Source: Gemmatimonadales bacterium
Lineage (GTDB): Bacteria > Gemmatimonadota > Gemmatimonadetes > Gemmatimonadales > GWC2-71-9
Assembly (NCBI GenBank): GCA_036732805.1
Contig: DAINBS010000001.1
Location: 1 to 42,498, forward strand
DNA: 42,498 nt
Direction: 5' to 3'
Shown here: positions 39,061 through 42,498 of the stretch, piece by piece
How the letters are laid out: each line of letters opens with the position of its first letter
Numbering within the stretch: position 1 is the stretch's first letter
Position numbers and translations under genes: made by a program
The notes under the pieces: generated by a model
Told to the model about the DNA's origin: nothing
Database searches by the model: none
What the model saw: the letters and a program-made list of their open reading frames with translations, nothing else

Positions 39061-39891
39061 TTACATGGCCGCGAACGTATCACACGCGTTCACCTGGCCC
39101 GATTCCAGGCCGCGCCGGAACCAGCGCGCCCGGTCCGCGGCCGAGCCGTGGGTGAACGAGTCCGGGTTCACCTCGCCGGTGGTCTGCTGCTGGATGCGGT
39201 CGTCGCCCACCGCGGAGGCGGCCTGGAGGCCCTCCTCCACGTCACCCCCCTCGAGGATGTTCCGCTGCGACGTGCTGTAGCCCCACACGCCCGCGAAGCA
39301 ATCGGCCTGCAGCTCAAGCGCCACCGACAGCGCGTTCGCCCGGCCGGGTTGCTGCCGGCTGGCCTGCCGCATGGCGTCTTCGATGCCCAGCAGGTGCTGG
39401 ACGTGATGGCCGATCTCGTGCGCGATGACGTATGCCTGGGCGAAATCCCCCGGGGCGCCGAACCGGCGGCGCAGCTCGTCGTAGAACGCGAGGTCGATGT
39501 ACACGCGCTCGTCGCCAGGGCAGTAGAACGGTCCCATGGCGGCCTCGGCATAGCCACAGCCCGACTGGACGGCGCCGCGGAACAGCACGAGCGGCGCGCG
39601 GCGGTAGTCCGGGCCGATGATCTGGGCCCAGACGTCCTGCGCGTCGCCCACGACGAACTCCACGAAGCGAGTCAGAGTCTCTTCTTCGGGCGTGACGACG
39701 GCGGGCGTCTCGCTTCCCGCCGGGAGGGCGGCGCCAGCGCCGCCGAGCAGCGAGAAAAAGTCCTGCTTGAATACGAAGCTGAGGATCAACACGACGATCG
39801 TGCCGCCGATCCCGAGTTTGAGCCCGGGGCGGGCACCGAGACCGCGACGGTCTTCGAGGTCGCTCTGTCCGGTGCGGCGAGTCCAACGCAT
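39061..39891 (-). CDS. YpfJ-family putative neutral zinc metallopeptidase
   Basis: ATG 39891 follows GGAGG. The MRWTRRTGQSDLEDRRG N-terminus, one TM helix and HEIGHH zinc motif are typical of the family. Confidence 0.88.
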   Translation of the reverse strand: MRWTRRTGQSDLEDRRGLGARPGLKLGIGGTIVVLILSFVFKQDFFSLLGGAGAALPAGSETPAVVTPEEETLTRFVEFVVGDAQDVWAQIIGPDYRRAPLVLFRGAVQSGCGYAEAAMGPFYCPGDERVYIDLAFYDELRRRFGAPGDFAQAYVIAHEIGHHVQHLLGIEDAMRQASRQQPGRANALSVALELQADCFAGVWGYSTSQRNILEGGDVEEGLQAASAVGDDRIQQQTTGEVNPDSFTHGSAADRARWFRRGLESGQVNACDTFAAM

Positions 39892-39951
39892 GGAAGCCTC
39901 CGGCAGGAGACTGGAAACGCACAAACGGGTCGGGATGGAAGCTAGCCGATC

Positions 39952-40077
39952 GGCGGGGGCGAGGGATTCTCACCCCCTGTCCCCGGCGGGGGCGAGGGAT
40001 CCTCACCCCCTGTCCCCGCGGGGGGGAGGGATCCTCACCCCCTGTCCCCCTCTCCGCATACGCGGAGAGGGGGAACG
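39952..40077. repeat. cluster of three tandem 31-33-bp hairpin units ending in a REP-like core
   Basis: GGCGGGGGCGAGGGAT(T/C)CTCACCCCCTGTCCCC at 39952-39984 and 39985-40017, and a 31-nt variant at 40018-40048. These are followed by CTCTCCGCATACGCGGAGAGGGGGAACGG. Each unit can fold as GGGGGCGAGG-gat-CCTCACCCCC. Confidence 0.85.
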
Positions 40078-40263
40078 GCCCTTCCGGTTTCGGGAAGTGA
40101 TGACCCACGGGGCTACGCCGCGGGGCGAGATGAGGTTATCTTCATATCAAGGCGGCCCGACGCGGCGCTGCCGGCGCATGCGAGCAACGGGCGGGACCCG
40201 GCCTCGAGCCGGTCCCGCCTTTCTCGTTGAGCCACACCGGACCCCAGCCAGAGGAGGACTCGC

Positions 40264-40500
40264 TTGAGCCACCAGGTCGAGTACAACGGGTACGTGATCG
40301 AGCCCCGGACCCGGCGACGGGAGAAGCCCTTCGGCTGGACCCTCGAGGTGCGCATCACTCCGGCCGGACGGCGGACGGGCGTGCGCCGGTGCCGGGCGCC
40401 CAACCTCTACGACAATGAGGAGCTGGCGATCGCCCGCTGTCTCGAGTTCGGCCGCCGCATCGTGGACGGCAGACTGCAGCCGCGGGAGCGGCCGCTATAG
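40264..40500 (+). CDS. hypothetical small protein (78 aa)
   Basis: TTG 40264 follows AGAGGAGGA. High GC3. No motif recognised. Confidence 0.55.
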   Translation: MSHQVEYNGYVIEPRTRRREKPFGWTLEVRITPAGRRTGVRRCRAPNLYDNEELAIARCLEFGRRIVDGRLQPRERPL

Positions 40501-40571
40501 CTGCTGGCCCCACCGGATACGCGGAGCGGGACTGCACCTGGAGCCGGGCCCCGCGTCCCTCTGAAGCACCC

Positions 40572-40598
40572 ACGGCGAGCGCGTTCCGCGCTCGCCGT
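40572..40598 (+). terminator. 11-bp-stem hairpin after the small gene (no T-run)
   Basis: ACGGCGAGCGC-gttcc-GCGCTCGCCGT. Confidence 0.4.
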
Positions 40599-40735
40599 CG
40601 TGCTTGGTCACCCTCCGCACCGCACGCCGCCTGGCAGGCGGGTCCCGACGGAACAGGCGGGCCGCGGGACGGTGCCCTGGCGGACGTCCCGGTTCCCGTC
40701 TACCGTTGCCCGATGCCCAGCACCCCGCACCAGGC

Positions 40736-42498
40736 GTGAGCGACCAGCTCGACGGTCTTTCGGCCGCCCTCGCCGACCGCTACCGCCTCGAGCGACAGCT
40801 CGGCGCGGGCGGGATGGCCACGGTCTACCTGGCCCAGGACCTCCGGCACCACCGCAAGGTCGCCCTCAAGGTCCTGCGGCCGGAGCTGGCCGCCGTGATC
40901 GGCGCCGAGCGCTTCCTGGCCGAGATCCGCACCACCGCCAACCTCCAGCATCCGCACATCCTGCCGCTGTTCGACAGCGGCTGCGTGACCGTTCCCTCTC
41001 TCCGCGATGCGGAGAGGGGGTCAGGGGGTGAGGTCCTCTTCTACGTCATGCCGTACGTCGAGGGTGAGTCCCTCCGCGACCGGCTGAACCGCGAGAAGCA
41101 GCTCCCCGTGGAGGACGCGGTCCGCATCGCCCGCGAAGTGGCGGCGGCACTCGACTACGCGCATCGCCACAACGTGGTCCACCGCGACATCAAGCCCGAG
41201 AACATCCTGCTGCACGACGGTCAGGCGCTGGTCGCCGACTTCGGCATCGCGCTCGCGCTGAGCACGGCCGGCGGCGCGCGGATGACCGAGACCGGCATGA
41301 GCCTCGGCACCCCCCACTACATGAGCCCCGAGCAGGCGATGGGCGAGCGCGAGATCACCGCCCGCTCGGACGTCTATGCGCTCGGCGCCGTGCTGTACGA
41401 GATGCTGCTGGGCGAGCCGCCGTTCGACGGACCCACGGCCCAGGCGATCGTCGCCAAGGTGCTGACCGAGAAGCCGGCGCCGATCACCTCGCGGCGGGAG
41501 CGCGTGAGCGCGGCCGTGGAAGAAGCGGTGCTCACGGCGCTCGAGAAGCTCCCGGCCGACCGGTTCGCCAGCGCCGCCGAGTTTTCCCAGGCGCTCACGC
41601 GCCAGCAGCCCACCGGCAGGCGCCCCGCGGCGGCCGCGGCGCGCGCGCGGTTTCTGCCGCTCGCCACGCTCGCGCTCGCGGTGGGGGTCGTGGCGCTCGC
41701 TGCGGGTTACGTGGCCGGACGCGCGGCAGGTAAGCACGCAGCACCGGACCCGCTCCCATCGCGGCTCGCCATCCTGGCCCCGAACGTGGGTGGCTCGGGC
41801 GCTCCCGCGCTCCACCGCCAGCTCACGCTCACGCCGGACGGTGCCACGGTCATCTACGTCGTGATCATGCCCAACGGCCAGAATCAGCTGATGCGCCAGC
41901 GGCTCGATGACGCCGAGCCGACGCTGATTGCGGGCGGCCTGGGGCTGGCGAGTCCGCACATGACACCGGACGGGCAGTGGATCATCGCGTATGCGACCAA
42001 CACGAGCACCACGGTCCGGCTGCCGCTTGCGGGCGGCACGCCCACGCCGCTTCCCACCAGCGTGATCTCCACCTGGGGAGCGTTCGATTCCGCGGGCGGC
42101 CTCTGGTTCTGGCCGTCCGGAGGCCGGGAGGGGACCGGACACCTCGCCCCCGACGGCCAGCTCGAGTATCGGTTCGACGGGAACGACAGCCGCATCCAAC
42201 AGGTCCTGCCGGACGGGCACACCGCCCTGATCATGCAGTCGCCGGTCGGCAGTAACACGGGCCCGGGCGCCCTGCTCGATCTCCGCACGGGCCGGGACAC
42301 GGTCCTGGTGGACGTCCCCATCGTCGAGATGCGCTACACCGCGGGCCATCTGCTCGTGGTCCGTCCCGACGGCTCGCTCGAGGCCGCCCCGTTCGATCCG
42401 CGGCGGAACCGGATCACGGGCCCGTTCGTGCAGATCGCCACCGGCGTTTCGCTCACCAGTACCGGGGTGGCACACCTCGCCGTCGCGCCCAACGGCAC
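40736..42498 (+). CDS. Ser/Thr protein kinase with TM helix and TolB/WD40-like beta-propeller C-terminal region; 3' end lies outside the window
   Basis: Hand translation from GTG 40736 gives VSDQLDGLSAALADRYRLERQLGAGGMATVYLAQDLRHHRKVALKVL..HRDIKPENILL..DFGIA..MSPEQ, then TM LPLATLALAVGVVALAAGYV, then propeller-like repeats. The frame stays open to the window end. It is not in the ORF track because it has no in-window stop. Track ORF 41021..42475(-) is its antisense artefact. Confidence 0.88.
   Translation, partial: MSDQLDGLSAALADRYRLERQLGAGGMATVYLAQDLRHHRKVALKVLRPELAAVIGAERFLAEIRTTANLQHPHILPLFDSGCVTVPSLRDAERGSGGEVLFYVMPYVEGESLRDRLNREKQLPVEDAVRIAREVAAALDYAHRHNVVHRDIKPENILLHDGQALVADFGIALALSTAGGARMTETGMSLGTPHYMSPEQAMGEREITARSDVYALGAVLYEMLLGEPPFDGPTAQAIVAKVLTEKPAPITSRRERVSAAVEEAVLTALEKLPADRFASAAEFSQALTRQQPTGRRPAAAAARARFLPLATLALAVGVVALAAGYVAGRAAGKHAAPDPLPSRLAILAPNVGGSGAPALHRQLTLTPDGATVIYVVIMPNGQNQLMRQRLDDAEPTLIAGGLGLASPHMTPDGQWIIAYATNTSTTVRLPLAGGTPTPLPTSVISTWGAFDSAGGLWFWPSGGREGTGHLAPDGQLEYRFDGNDSRIQQVLPDGHTALIMQSPVGSNTGPGALLDLRTGRDTVLVDVPIVEMRYTAGHLLVVRPDGSLEAAPFDPRRNRITGPFVQIATGVSLTSTGVAHLAVAPNG
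40991..41033 (+). repeat. REP-like element copy embedded in frame in the kinase CDS
   Basis: GTT-CCCTCTCTCCGC-gat-GCGGAGAGGGGG-tca-GGGGGTGAGG matches the right two-thirds of the 37994-38047 element. It is translated as VPSLRDAERGSGGE. Confidence 0.8.

Noticed and set aside
39952-40050. Possible CRISPR array (three direct repeats of about 33 bp)
   Set aside because: The units are contiguous with no spacers. They are internally palindromic and continuous with the REP-like core. No cas genes are in the window.

Overview
This is a 42.5-kb high-GC bacterial chromosomal segment. Hand-counted 60-nt lines range from about 50% to 78% GC, and most of the window looks near 70%. The gene content suggests a Gemmatimonadota- or Acidobacteriota-like soil organism: Ser/Thr kinases with LADRYRLERxLGxGGMATVY-type N-termini, a kinase-linked ECF sigma factor, a giant BNR/sortilin-type secreted protein and several multihaem cytochromes. 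That taxonomic guess is inference only. I call 42 protein-coding genes and no rRNA, tRNA, CRISPR array, integrase or transposase. Two genes are cut by the window edges. The right-hand one, a kinase starting at GTG 40736, is missing from the supplied ORF track because it has no stop codon inside the window. All product calls come from motif recognition by eye; no database search was run. Many long ORFs in the track are out-of-frame or antisense artefacts of the high GC content. The most unusual content falls into five groups. (1) 2761-9748 holds two convergent quinone-linked respiratory operons carrying 21 CXXCH haem motifs. One is an octahaem / 4x[4Fe-4S] / NrfD module with no catalytic subunit. 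The other is a Rieske/cytochrome b complex whose c1/f subunit is replaced by a C-terminally anchored nonahaem cytochrome plus a four-domain monohaem cytochrome c. (2) A nested-palindrome REP/MITE-like element occurs at 37994, 39952-40077 (clustered) and 40991, and the last copy sits in frame inside a kinase catalytic domain. (3) Intergenic regions repeatedly contain hairpins or inverted repeats whose arms are built from locus-specific 7-9-nt tandem repeats (12961, 16637, 17898, 25959, 31251, 34071, 38120). (4) An acyl-CoA dehydrogenase, a Rieske oxygenase and a DDAH-type enzyme form a translationally coupled trio. (5) A low-GC single-gene island at 19437-20435 encodes a beta-propeller lipoprotein. 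I see nothing resembling a known defence, toxin or mobile-element system.
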